From an uncultured Candidatus Saccharibacteria bacterium (GTDB taxonomy: Bacteria > Patescibacteriota > Minisyncoccia > Phycocordibacterales > EsbW-18): a stretch of 64,000 nucleotides of DNA. Below, one piece after another: positions 55,557 through 64,000 of the stretch (position 1 is its first letter; each line of letters opens with the position of its first letter). The notes under the pieces were generated by a model. It was not told the origin of the DNA. It searched no databases and saw only the letters and a list, made by a program, of their open reading frames with translations. The DNA lies in NCBI GenBank assembly GCA_964478705.1, contig CAYZIR010000005.1, positions 508-64,507 on the forward strand, read 5' to 3'. A program made the position numbers and the translations under genes.

Positions 55557-57950
55557 TTAGCGCACCTCCCATCCCTTTCCGCGAATCTCATCCTCAATCT
55601 TACCCATGATCTCACTCACCTCAACATCAGAGAGCGTTTTTTCGTTCGATTGAAAGACGATGTGATATGCGTATGATGTTCTTCCCTCTTTGGTGAATGT
55701 ATCGAAAAGATCCAACCGAGCAAGAAGTTTGCCAGCATGACTTTTGATGACGCCTTCGAGATCTTCTGAGCTGTTGGTTGTTGGTTGTTGGTTGTTGGTT
55801 CCCCCGACCCATACTGCAATGTCACGAAGGATAAAAGGATAGACCGAGATCGGCGCGAATGTCATGTTTGGCAAACGTGGCAAGTCGCCGTACGAGTCAG
55901 GAGTTGGAAGCGATTTGATCGTTTTTGAAAGGGATGCGGTGGCAATGTTTGCTCGCTTCATCCATACAAGCGGAGAAGTGGAGGTCGTCGTCACTGCTGC
56001 AATTGCAGCATCAAGATCTCTGCCCTTTTCTGTCGCAATCCCAATTTGTTGTTCCTCACCAGTCTTACTAAATATGGTGCCAATTTCGAAAATTCGTACA
56101 GCATCGACGCCAATGAGCGGCCTATTTTTTTGGTTGAGCTCAAGGGCAGCCTTTAAACCTTCTACGAGTGACGAACGAAGATATTTTTTATCATTAGCAA
56201 TCGGGTTCGCTACTTCAATTTCACCATCGTCTTGAAATGAGTATGTCGACACCTCGGAAAAGCCGGCATCAACAAGCGCTCGGCGGACGAGCGCTTTGTA
56301 GTATTCGTTCTTGTTGACCGCAGGTGTGAATCCGTCGAAAGGCAACGGTGTTGATGGAATCGATTCAAGACCTTTGAGCCGGCCGATTTCTTCGATCAAA
56401 TCTTCTTTGATACGGATGTCGATGCGCGGCGCGGGAACTGTCACCACAAAGCGTGGTTCGTTGTTCGTGATGATGCGACGATAGCCGACGATATTTTCAA
56501 ATGCCTTGGAACCAGAAAGATCTTCAATGACGACTTCGCCCTTATCCCATTTTCCTGATGCATGAAGGATTTTCCCTTCACCAAGATAGATGCCGTTGTG
56601 ATCGATACCTGCCGAGAGCTTTGTCCCTGCCATGAATTCATGCGAGACACTTGTCTGACGAACTTGGTCGATACCAAGACTTTCAATATGTTCTGTCGAT
56701 CCATCACCCTTTCGATCTGAGAATACGATGTCTCCCGCACGAAGATCATTTGCCTCAACCGGCGCACTAAAAACAAACTGATCAACAGCCATACGCGGAA
56801 TTGCGATTCCAGCTTGTGCGTAGAGATATGCGACCAAAGATGAGCAGTCGAAAGCTCTTGGCGCATCACTCAAAACACTTGCACCGTATTTGTATGGAGC
56901 GCCAACCAAGGTTGGAGCAAGTTTCAAAATCTGTTCAAGCGGCTGTATGTAGGTGTATTCAAAACCAAGACGCTTGAAGTAGTCTTCGACCTCACTTTGA
57001 GAACACGTCGTGCCGAGCGCTGTGTTAATTTCCGAAAGTGAGACGCCAACAACGTAGAGATTCTTTTTGTTTGGATACGACTCAACAATGTCTTGTGCGA
57101 CTTTTCCATTCGCGAGCTCTTCAATGAGTGCCGAAAGACGCTCCATAGCAATCGCAGTAAGTTCAGGACTGATTCCCTGCTCGAATCGGATTGACGCATC
57201 GGTGCGAAGTCCGAGCTTCTTTGATGTCTTGCGAATGTTTACGGGATCAAAATTGCAGACCGAAAGAACGATGCGTGTCGTGTTCGCATCAATACCCGAT
57301 GTCGAACCGCCTTTTACGCCAGCAATATCGAGTGCTTTCTCGCTGTCGCTGATAACAAGAACGTCTGGGTTCAGTACGAATTCCTTACCATCAAGGGTGG
57401 TGATTGTTTCATCTTCTTTTGCTGAACGTATTGAAAGAGCTGTTGGTTGTGAGTTGTTGGTTGTGAGTTTGTCATAGTCGAATGCGTGAACCGGCTGACC
57501 TGTTTCGAGCATCGTGAGGTTCGTTGCATCAACAACGTTGTTGATCGAACGCTGTCCGTGTGCAGCAAGTTTTATTTTGAGCCATTCGGGAGATTCGCCG
57601 ATTGTGACACCTTCGACATAGCGCTTCATTGCGCGTGGAACGAGCTTTGAGTTTTCGATGGTAAGCGAAAGATGATCGCTTGTTGAAATACCTGAGTCGG
57701 TTTTTGGATGAGCCTCAGGAATGTTTGCTGTGACATTGAGAAGCGCGGCGACTTCACGAGCGATACCGTGGTATGAAAAACCATCGTGGGAACGGTTTGG
57801 AAGCACTTTGATATCGAGAATCGTATCGCTGCCGTGTGACTCGGTTCCGTCGATTTCAAATGCATGCATCGTAATCGTGCGCGACAAATCAGCAACCGAT
57901 GGAAGCGGTTTGTCGAAATATTCCTGAAGCCATGCGTAGGAGAATTTCAT
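55557..57950 (-). CDS. pheT: Phenylalanyl-tRNA synthetase beta subunit carrying an inserted NlpC/P60 domain and two in-frame microsatellite insertions
   Basis: B1 and B3/4 (..PEWLKIKLAAHGQRSINNVVDATN..), B5 (..VEDYFKRLGF..), B6/7 (..VTVPAPRIDIRIKEDLIEEIGRLKG..), FDX-ACB C-terminus. aa ~340-490 (nt ~56481..56933) carry APYKYGAS..FDCSSLVAYLY..AGDIVFS..HNGIYLGEGKILHAS. Repeat-coded peptides TTNNSQPT (nt 57441..57464) and GGTNNQQPTTN (nt 55770..55802). Confidence 0.85.
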   Translation of the reverse strand: MKFSYAWLQEYFDKPLPSVADLSRTITMHAFEIDGTESHGSDTILDIKVLPNRSHDGFSYHGIAREVAALLNVTANIPEAHPKTDSGISTSDHLSLTIENSKLVPRAMKRYVEGVTIGESPEWLKIKLAAHGQRSINNVVDATNLTMLETGQPVHAFDYDKLTTNNSQPTALSIRSAKEDETITTLDGKEFVLNPDVLVISDSEKALDIAGVKGGSTSGIDANTTRIVLSVCNFDPVNIRKTSKKLGLRTDASIRFEQGISPELTAIAMERLSALIEELANGKVAQDIVESYPNKKNLYVVGVSLSEINTALGTTCSQSEVEDYFKRLGFEYTYIQPLEQILKLAPTLVGAPYKYGASVLSDAPRAFDCSSLVAYLYAQAGIAIPRMAVDQFVFSAPVEANDLRAGDIVFSDRKGDGSTEHIESLGIDQVRQTSVSHEFMAGTKLSAGIDHNGIYLGEGKILHASGKWDKGEVVIEDLSGSKAFENIVGYRRIITNNEPRFVVTVPAPRIDIRIKEDLIEEIGRLKGLESIPSTPLPFDGFTPAVNKNEYYKALVRRALVDAGFSEVSTYSFQDDGEIEVANPIANDKKYLRSSLVEGLKAALELNQKNRPLIGVDAVRIFEIGTIFSKTGEEQQIGIATEKGRDLDAAIAAVTTTSTSPLVWMKRANIATASLSKTIKSLPTPDSYGDLPRLPNMTFAPISVYPFILRDIAVWVGGTNNQQPTTNSSEDLEGVIKSHAGKLLARLDLFDTFTKEGRTSYAYHIVFQSNEKTLSDVEVSEIMGKIEDEIRGKGWEVR

Positions 57951-57953
57951 AAT

Positions 57954-58457
57954 TTATTTGAGAGTATATGAATGTTCAACCGTATCGGTCTGGCTTGTCG
58001 AAACGTTCCAGATGCTTTCTCTCATCGTGAGAAGTGCTGACTGATTCTTGAGATCAATCTTGAGAACATAATCTGACTCCGGACCATCACCCCCACCAGC
58101 TGCTTCAAGTGAAGATCCTGACCATGCGGTGATACCAAAATGATATGGACGAACCATTGGGTAATACTGTCCGTTATCCTGCAACTGAAGTACGACGGCT
58201 CTGTATTCATCGCATGTCATGTCAATCTGATGACAGTAGATCTGAGTCGAGTGGGCAGCCTTGGCCGGCACCGGACCATTCTCGTCAACCGTCCACGAAC
58301 CGCTGATACTGATCCACTGATCTCCCGGAGTGCCACCACTATCGAATTCCATCGGAATAGACCCGACAAGGTCGCTAATGCCGACCGACGTACGACCGCA
58401 CATCCAAATGACTACGGCAACAATAACGACAATGAGACCGATGATGATTTTTTTCAT
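57954..58457 (-). CDS. Hypothetical membrane-anchored protein (167 aa)
   Basis: N-terminal TM then soluble domain; no recognisable family. Confidence 0.4.
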   Translation of the reverse strand: MKKIIIGLIVVIVAVVIWMCGRTSVGISDLVGSIPMEFDSGGTPGDQWISISGSWTVDENGPVPAKAAHSTQIYCHQIDMTCDEYRAVVLQLQDNGQYYPMVRPYHFGITAWSGSSLEAAGGGDGPESDYVLKIDLKNQSALLTMRESIWNVSTSQTDTVEHSYTLK

Positions 58458-58459
58458 AG

Positions 58460-59317
58460 TTAGAACTGATCAGTTACACGAAGATCGCCCGAGTAGAGCA
58501 GTCGAACGTCGGGAAGTCCGTGACGAAGCACAAGCAAGCGATCGATACCGGCGCCAAACGCGAACCCACTCCACTCGCGCGGGTCGATACCCGCGCTCTC
58601 GAGCACTTTGGGGTGCACGAGTCCTGCGCCCATGATCTCAATCCATCCAGTGCCTTTGCAGACACTACACTCCCTCCCCGCCTCACCACCACAGCGGAAA
58701 CACGACACATCAACTTCAACGCCCGGTTCGACGAACGGGAAGTAACTTGGACGAAGTCGCACGATACTTTCGGCCGCGAAGAACTTTGAGAAGAATGTCT
58801 CGAGCGTTCCCTTGAGGTGCGCGAGGCTAATGTTCTTACCAACAACAAGTCCTTCGAGTTGATAGAACTGCGCTTCGTGTGTCGCGTCAGTTGCTTCGTA
58901 ACGATAGACCTTACCCGGCGCGATGATACGGAACGGCGGTTTGTGCGATTCCATGTAGCGCACCTGCACCGGTGAGGTGTGTGTGCGCAGAAGAGACGCG
59001 GAATCACGCGAATTTTTATTTGCGTTTATTTGCGTGGGCTCTTCATTCGCGTTTTTTGGCGTCTTCAACCAGAAGGTATCCCACATATCCCTAGCAGGGT
59101 GATGTTCCGGGATATTCAACGTATCAAAGTTGTAGTGTTCGGATTCAGCTTCAGGTCCTTCAGCGACCTCGAACCCCATCGAACCAAAAATGCCGATAAT
59201 ATCGGAAATAGCCAACGATATAGGGTGTTGATGGCCTTTTGGGTCGGTCATAGAGAAGCCCATTGTACGTTTACAAGTAGCTTTTTCCAAGTCGTCGCAC
59301 GTAATCCACTTGGTCAA
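58460..59317 (-). CDS. pheS: Phenylalanyl-tRNA synthetase alpha subunit (catalytic core only)
   Basis: Class II motifs (..FRCGGEAGRECSVCKGTGWIEIMGAGLVHPKVL..GFAFGAGIDRL..); lacks the N-terminal coiled coil. True start uncertain (59317 or internal Met). Confidence 0.85.
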   Translation of the reverse strand: MTKWITCDDLEKATCKRTMGFSMTDPKGHQHPISLAISDIIGIFGSMGFEVAEGPEAESEHYNFDTLNIPEHHPARDMWDTFWLKTPKNANEEPTQINANKNSRDSASLLRTHTSPVQVRYMESHKPPFRIIAPGKVYRYEATDATHEAQFYQLEGLVVGKNISLAHLKGTLETFFSKFFAAESIVRLRPSYFPFVEPGVEVDVSCFRCGGEAGRECSVCKGTGWIEIMGAGLVHPKVLESAGIDPREWSGFAFGAGIDRLLVLRHGLPDVRLLYSGDLRVTDQF

Positions 59318-59390
59318 TACGAGTCAAGAGGTATATACCTTGCTATGGATGTTACGAATTATATAACCCACATACACGGAGGAAATATCG

Positions 59391-60002
59391 ATGCCCGAAA
59401 CTCAAGGGTTGATTCGACCTGATCCGAGCGTAGTCATGCCCAGTACCCACGTCGCCCGTCAACGAAAACTGCCTGATGTGCGCAATGCAATCACGCACAA
59501 AGGTACGGTTGGTGAGCACGAAATCTACATCACCGCGGGGACGTACGACGACGGGACACTCGGTGAAGTGTTCATCATCATCTCGAAACAAGGTTCGACA
59601 ATTTCAGGACTCCTTGATGGTTTCGCGATTCTCTTCTCGGTTGCACTTCAATATGGTGTACCACTCGAGGTCATCGTCGAAAAACTCTGTCACACACGGT
59701 TCGAACCATCAGGGTTTACCAAGAACCCAAGGATTCCTATCGCAAAATCGATTTATGACTACATCGTACGCTGGCTTGCATCCAAGTTCTGTTCACCGGA
59801 TGTACAACAGGCTTTTGGTGTCATCAGGAACGATGCGACAGAACCTGAAACCTCAGTGACGGTGCAACATGCACCTACAAGCTCTCCGACCATTCGTCAT
59901 GGCGGTGACGGCATCAGTTGTCGTGTATGTGGCGGAATCACTGTTCGTAACGGTTCTTGTCACGTCTGCCCCAACTGTGGCAGCACAACCGGATGCAGTT
60001 AG
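59391..60002 (+). CDS. Stand-alone TSCPD-domain protein (class II RNR C-terminal-like) with C-terminal Cys4 zinc ribbon
   Basis: GEVFIIISKQGSTISGLLDGFAILFSVALQYGVPLEVIVEKLCHTRFEPSGFT resembles the NrdJ C-terminal region; CRVCGG..CHVCPNCG ribbon; GGAGG SD. Confidence 0.55.
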   Translation: MPETQGLIRPDPSVVMPSTHVARQRKLPDVRNAITHKGTVGEHEIYITAGTYDDGTLGEVFIIISKQGSTISGLLDGFAILFSVALQYGVPLEVIVEKLCHTRFEPSGFTKNPRIPIAKSIYDYIVRWLASKFCSPDVQQAFGVIRNDATEPETSVTVQHAPTSSPTIRHGGDGISCRVCGGITVRNGSCHVCPNCGSTTGCS

Positions 60003-60066
60003 ATTACAACGATCGCTGTACCAACATGGCCCACCGTCCAATTAGGACGATGGGCCTTCGTTTTTC

Positions 60067-60142
60067 TGGAGCCGCTTCCCAGACTCGAACTGGGGACCTT
60101 CTCTTTACAAAAGAGTTGCTCTACCAACTGAGCTAAAGCGGC
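60067..60142 (-). tRNA. tRNA-Thr (anticodon TGT), CCA encoded
   Basis: GCCGCTT acceptor, loop TTTGTAA, TTCGAGT, 3' ..AAGCGGCTCCA. Confidence 0.88.
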
Positions 60143-60150
60143 AATATATT

Positions 60151-60227
60151 TATTCTACCAAAGCCGACGCTTCGGTCGGCTCCCCGACCCTCGCCCTGCG
60201 AGGCGTCGGGGCTGAGCTAAAGCGGCA
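60151..60227 (-). repeat. Partial tRNA-Thr 5' copy interrupted at D-loop 15/16 by a 50-nt GC-rich hairpin (sibling of the tRNA-Phe insert)
   Basis: CTGAGCTAAAGCGGCA at 60212..60227 duplicates 60128..60143. Insert AGCCGACGCTTCGGTCGGCTCCCCGACCCTCGCCCTGCGAGGCGTCGGGG (60162..60211) is ~85% identical to 5205..5254. Confidence 0.75.
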
Positions 60228-60254
60228 GTAAAAGCGAGTATACACTAATCTCTC

Positions 60255-60632
60255 CTATTCTTCATTCATTTTTCCATGCTCCTTAATACGCTTAAGGTAC
60301 AATGACGGAGCACCTTTTGAGACCAACAACTTTTCTCCTTTCACCGCTTTTATCATTTTTTCGGCAAGAAGTACGATAACGAAACGTACTGTCCACACCA
60401 CATATTCTTCCCCCCTCTGGATACTCTTCATAAGAAGAGTACTCAAAGAACCGAAAGCGCGCTGTAATGAAGCAGACATCTGTTCCCACCACGCTTGAGC
60501 TCGCGGAGACCATCGGACGAGAAAGCGAGTTAAAAAAGTTTGTGTACCTCCGTACACTTCGCGTTCTTTTACAGCAAGAAAAAGTGCTGTGAGAAAAAGA
60601 CTTCCAAGAAATATCGGTATTGCAAGTGGCAT
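60255..60632 (-). CDS. Hypothetical membrane protein (125 aa)
   Basis: N-terminal TM (IPIFLGSLFLTALFLAV); no recognisable family. Confidence 0.35.
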   Translation of the reverse strand: MPLAIPIFLGSLFLTALFLAVKEREVYGGTQTFLTRFLVRWSPRAQAWWEQMSASLQRAFGSLSTLLMKSIQRGEEYVVWTVRFVIVLLAEKMIKAVKGEKLLVSKGAPSLYLKRIKEHGKMNEE

Positions 60633-60659
60633 ACTGTGTGCGGAGTACTTCCGCTACGG

Positions 60660-61124
60660 TTAGATTGAATATTTCACAAACTTCCCAAGCTCTGTACGCT
60701 CGCCAAACTTTTGCACTGCACTCTTGATGAGATCGCCGATTGTTTGATCAGGGTTTTTGATGGCAGGCTGTGCAAGAAGCATGTCTGCTCCACCAGCAAG
60801 AATTTCATCGTCGGTTGCAGCAATTTGCATTGCAATATCTTTTGCAAGCTGTTGAAATTCTTCATTGCGTGCAACGAAATCCGTCTCACAAAGGAGCTCT
60901 ACCAACGAACCAACCGCACCGTGCCCATGAATGTACGCCTGGACGGTCCCTGAACCGAGATCACGATCAGATTTCTTAGAGGCAATCGATGCGCTTTTCT
61001 CACGAAGGTGTGCAAGTGCTTTCTCCATATCACCGCCAGCTTCTATGAGCGCCTCCCGGCATTGCATCATCGAAACGCCCGTTGCATCGCGAAGCTGTTT
61101 AATGTCTTGTGCTGATACTGTCAT
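60660..61124 (-). CDS. tsf: Elongation factor Ts (short form)
   Basis: N-terminal UBA-like [34 protein letters not shown]; conserved rpsB-tsf order. Confidence 0.8.
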   Translation of the reverse strand: MTVSAQDIKQLRDATGVSMMQCREALIEAGGDMEKALAHLREKSASIASKKSDRDLGSGTVQAYIHGHGAVGSLVELLCETDFVARNEEFQQLAKDIAMQIAATDDEILAGGADMLLAQPAIKNPDQTIGDLIKSAVQKFGERTELGKFVKYSI

Positions 61125-61174
61125 ATAAAAATATAATAGCGCGAGAGCGCAACATGCGCCATCGTAAAAACTCT

Positions 61175-61954
61175 CTAGCCACGTGCCGGACGTCGCGCAG
61201 GGCGTTCTTCACGATCTACGACAGGAGCTTTCGTAGGCTGTGCTTCAACAACACGAGCAGGGGCACGCTTCGCACCTTCACGGTAGGCTTCGGCAAGTTG
61301 GCTGAGGACGTAGGTGATCGAAGAGCGATTAGAATCATTTGCAGGAATCGGATACTTAATCGCTCGCACATCACAATCTGAGTTTGCAATAGCGACAACC
61401 GGAATCTTTAAAAGTTTTGCTTCCGCAATGGCGTTTTTTTCGTGTCTTGGATCAACAACAATCAATGCCGAAGGGAGGCTTCGCATTCCACGAAGACCAC
61501 CAAATGTCTCATCGAGACGCTTGATTTTTCGATCAATCATCAGACGTTCAAGTTTTGTGTATTTTGTGAGTGTTCCCTTCTCTCGATCATCTGAAAGCGT
61601 TTCAAGACTATCGACGCGCTTCTTGATGAGTGCAAAGTTTGAAAATGTTCCTCCAACCCAACGTCCTGCGACGTACGGTGCATTGATAGACTCTGCGATG
61701 CTCTTCACAGCACCGCGTGCTTCAAGCTTGCTACCGGCAAAAAGGATCTGTTTGCCTGATGCACCGAGGGCTTCAATAAATTCAGTCGCACGTGCGATTG
61801 CTTGTGCGGTTTTTTCAAGATCAAAGAGTTCAACACCACCTTTTGCACCAAAAAGATTCTGCTTGTGCGATGGGTGACGACGCGCCTTTGGATATGCGTA
61901 ATGAGCACCTGCCTTGAAGAGTGCGTCGACTGCTTTTGTATCGGATACTTTCAT
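61175..61954 (-). CDS. rpsB: 30S ribosomal protein S2
   Basis: [64 protein letters not shown]. Start at ATG 61954 (MKVSD). Confidence 0.85.
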   Translation of the reverse strand: MKVSDTKAVDALFKAGAHYAYPKARRHPSHKQNLFGAKGGVELFDLEKTAQAIARATEFIEALGASGKQILFAGSKLEARGAVKSIAESINAPYVAGRWVGGTFSNFALIKKRVDSLETLSDDREKGTLTKYTKLERLMIDRKIKRLDETFGGLRGMRSLPSALIVVDPRHEKNAIAEAKLLKIPVVAIANSDCDVRAIKYPIPANDSNRSSITYVLSQLAEAYREGAKRAPARVVEAQPTKAPVVDREERPARRPARG

Positions 61955-62050
61955 GTGTTTTTCGAAAAAAAGAGACCCTGTTCGAATGTCTAGGGCGTGG
62001 ACGCAGTGTACCAAAATAAGGCTCTTTCTGCAAGATACCCGTCTGTATGT

Positions 62051-63025
62051 TTATTCTGTGTCTTCTTCGGACAAAGAACCGCCCCCTGCCTGTGAAAGTG
62101 CCGTTACTATTTTATCGATACCTCCTCCGAGAATTCCAGGAATATTCGACCAGCTCTCTTTGATGCGGTGGTCAGTGACACGGTCTTGCGGGAAGTTATA
62201 CGTGCGAATCTTTTCCGAACGATCCCCTGTTTTGATGAGGGTTTTTTGCTCGGTCGAGTCTTTCTTCATCTGTTCTTCCTCGTGCAGTGCCTCGAGTTTT
62301 GCTTGAAGGATTTCAAACGCCTTATCACGATTTCGCCCCTGACTTCGCTCTGACTGCGATTTCACGATGATGCCGGTTGGCTTGTGTACCAGTCGAACCG
62401 CAGTCTCCACTTTGTTCACGTTTTGCCCACCAGCACCACCCGAGCGCGTGAATTCCATTTCCACATCAGTCATGTTGATGGTAACGGTTTTTTTCTTGCG
62501 AATCGGGAGCACCACTACCGCAGCGGTTGATGTGTGAATACGACCAGATTTCTCGGTTGCTGGAATTCGCTGTACGCGATGTACCCCAGTTTCGAATTTA
62601 AGCTCAGCGTACACGCCTTTGCCACTGATTTCGAATGATGCGTCCTTGTAGCCACCCATAGTTGCACGTGACTCATCGAGCACAGTCACTCGCCAGCCTT
62701 TTATTTCTGCGTATTTTCGGTACATCATCGAGAGCTCCTCGGCAAACAGTGCTGCCTCTTCCCCGCCAGCACCCGCACGCACTTCGAGGATAATTTCGTT
62801 TGGCGACTCTTCATCAGCTTCATCTTCCTTCATAATCATCTCAATCTGTTCGGTCAACGCTTTTTCTTGGAGCTCAATGTTTTTGATATCGTCTTCCGCC
62901 AGTTCCGCAAGCGACGGATCATCCATGGCAGTCTTCTTGAGTGCCTCTTTTTCGCGCGAAAGACGCTCCAACTCTCCGGCGAAGTAGGCGGTTTTCTGAT
63001 TCTTTTTTAGAGCATCAAGATCCAT
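62051..63025 (-). CDS. prfA: Peptide chain release factor 1
   Basis: GGQ motif ([18 protein letters not shown]), PxT-class domain. Start at ATG 63025 (MDLDALKKN). Confidence 0.85.
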   Translation of the reverse strand: MDLDALKKNQKTAYFAGELERLSREKEALKKTAMDDPSLAELAEDDIKNIELQEKALTEQIEMIMKEDEADEESPNEIILEVRAGAGGEEAALFAEELSMMYRKYAEIKGWRVTVLDESRATMGGYKDASFEISGKGVYAELKFETGVHRVQRIPATEKSGRIHTSTAAVVVLPIRKKKTVTINMTDVEMEFTRSGGAGGQNVNKVETAVRLVHKPTGIIVKSQSERSQGRNRDKAFEILQAKLEALHEEEQMKKDSTEQKTLIKTGDRSEKIRTYNFPQDRVTDHRIKESWSNIPGILGGGIDKIVTALSQAGGGSLSEEDTE

Positions 63026-63096
63026 ATGTTTTTCATTATCATAGCAGGAATCCCGCCCCGCCCTCATATGAGGGCGGGGCGGGATAGAAACTGTAT

Positions 63097-63381
63097 TTAT
63101 TTTTCCTCCGATTCAGTCTTCTTAGGAGACTTTTTGGCGGCGCGCTTGGTTGCGGTTGCTTTAACAGCTTCGCGCTTGCCAGCTGCGGTTGCCTGAAGGT
63201 TCTTGAATTTCTCAAGGCGTCCCGCGAGAATCTTTTTACTGTCGTCACCGACGTAAAATGGATGACACGATGAACACACCTCGATATCGAGTTTCTCCAT
63301 CGTCGAGCCGACAGTAAAGGTGTTACCACAGGCACACTTTACGGCCGCTTGATAGTATTTCGGGTGGATATCTACTTTCAT
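63097..63381 (-). CDS. rpmE: 50S ribosomal protein L31 (with Lys/Ala-rich C-terminal extension)
   Basis: [45 protein letters not shown] (Cys4). Start at ATG 63381. Confidence 0.8.
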   Translation of the reverse strand: MKVDIHPKYYQAAVKCACGNTFTVGSTMEKLDIEVCSSCHPFYVGDDSKKILAGRLEKFKNLQATAAGKREAVKATATKRAAKKSPKKTESEEK

Positions 63382-63424
63382 AAGGAGCCCATGATACAAC
63401 AGGAAAACCTTATCTGCAAGACTT

Positions 63425-64000
63425 TTAGAGAGCTTGAATATAGGCTCGTGTGATCGGCCCAAAGAATCCGACCGCAGGAGTGATGCCGACCGCTGTTTGG
63501 AATTCTGCCAATGCAGCTTGGGTGAGCGGGCCAAAGTATCCTGTAGCTCCATTTGACGCCAGAGTTTGTGCCTTTGGTCCTTTATTTTGAGCAATAAGGA
63601 AAAGCTGGAGCGTTCGGACATCATCACCGATATCACCAAGGGTGAGGTTGCGGGTGTAGGTGAAGTCGGAGGATGAATCTGATGTATCTTCGAGATATTT
63701 TTCTGCGCCCGCCGGGACTGTGCCACCAGCAAGAACGAGCTCAAGGAGAAGCTGTTTCAGTTTTGCGATCAGTGCAAAGAGATTGAATCCTCCCGAGCTT
63801 CCTCGTATAGGTTTGTTGTGCGAACCACTGCTTCCCCCTCCATCATTATCTTCTTCCGGCGCTGGTTCCTCATCATCTCCACCAATTGCGCTTCCGTCGT
63901 CAAAAAGAATGAAGTATCCAAGACCATAGGCGCTCTCCTCACTGGCGAAGTTGCCGCTGAAGTACAATTCAGTCTCGTTGGCAGGAAGACCGATTGCGCT
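63425..64000 (-). CDS. Peptidoglycan-binding (PG_binding_1) domain protein, 5' end beyond window
   Basis: LTLGDIGDDVRTLQLFLIAQNKG...GYFGPLTQAALAEFQ matches the PGBD consensus; the reading frame stays open from the annotated Met at 63967 to the window edge. Confidence 0.5.
   Translation of the reverse strand, partial: SAIGLPANETELYFSGNFASEESAYGLGYFILFDDGSAIGGDDEEPAPEEDNDGGGSSGSHNKPIRGSSGGFNLFALIAKLKQLLLELVLAGGTVPAGAEKYLEDTSDSSSDFTYTRNLTLGDIGDDVRTLQLFLIAQNKGPKAQTLASNGATGYFGPLTQAALAEFQTAVGITPAVGFFGPITRAYIQAL

Overview
This 64-kb window looks like a small, gene-dense genome of a reduced (probably CPR/Patescibacteria-like) bacterium using the standard genetic code: TGA ends the 25755..26366 gene and tRNA-Trp has anticodon CCA. 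About 85% is coding and most genes are on the minus strand. Housekeeping genes identified: valS, lepA, murJ, nrdAB (class Ia RNR), clpB, a cysteine desulfurase, infB (501 aa, starts at the G domain), rbfA, gyrA, gyrB, leuS, ychF, pheST, tsf, rpsB, prfA, rpmE, rpmG (not in the ORF track), mltG, a PrsW-like protease, Hsp20, DoxX, an FtsB-like protein and a sortase. RNA genes not in the ORF track: RNase P RNA (rnpB, minus strand) and ten tRNAs (Phe, Arg-CCT, Gly-CCC, Trp, Tyr, Cys, Leu-TAA, Lys-CTT, Leu-TAG, Thr-TGT), most without an encoded CCA. Cell-surface genes: a secreted protein with thrombospondin type-3 calcium-binding repeats, a 1168-aa single-pass protein with four Ig-like repeats next to a sortase, a CARDB-domain protein, and a tandem array of seven paralogous pilin-like membrane proteins (VirB2/TrbC-like topology) behind a solute-binding protein. 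The most unusual non-coding feature is a set of short GC-rich palindromic repeat families tied to tRNA genes. One family is a ~50-nt hairpin interrupting a duplicated tRNA 5' segment at D-loop position 15/16 (Phe, Thr, Arg). A second family is a ~160-bp element at tRNA 3' ends, bounded by 14-39 bp direct repeats of the tRNA 3' end (Phe, Arg, Leu-TAA, Leu-TAG). The same duplication-plus-hairpin architecture occurs at the ychF start codon. Other non-coding signals: GGTTGT/ACAACC microsatellite blocks abutting tRNA 5' ends and inserted in frame twice in pheT; a 70-nt structured element present twice with compensatory outer stems; a 25-bp perfect inverted repeat enclosing a 28-bp tandem array; and three near-identical consensus promoters (TACTTGAC-N-TAYAAT). 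Those promoters drive a GC-rich two-gene orphan operon (25755..27271), an orphan 138-aa gene (53767..54183) and a ~570-nt ORF-less transcript (candidate ncRNA, 43230..43797). Unusual protein architectures: LeuRS with an inserted NUDIX domain, PheT with an inserted NlpC/P60 domain, an HNH endonuclease gene overlapping tRNA-Trp, and a sigma-70 region-4 plus HARE-HTH protein. No CRISPR array, rRNA, transposase or integrase was found.
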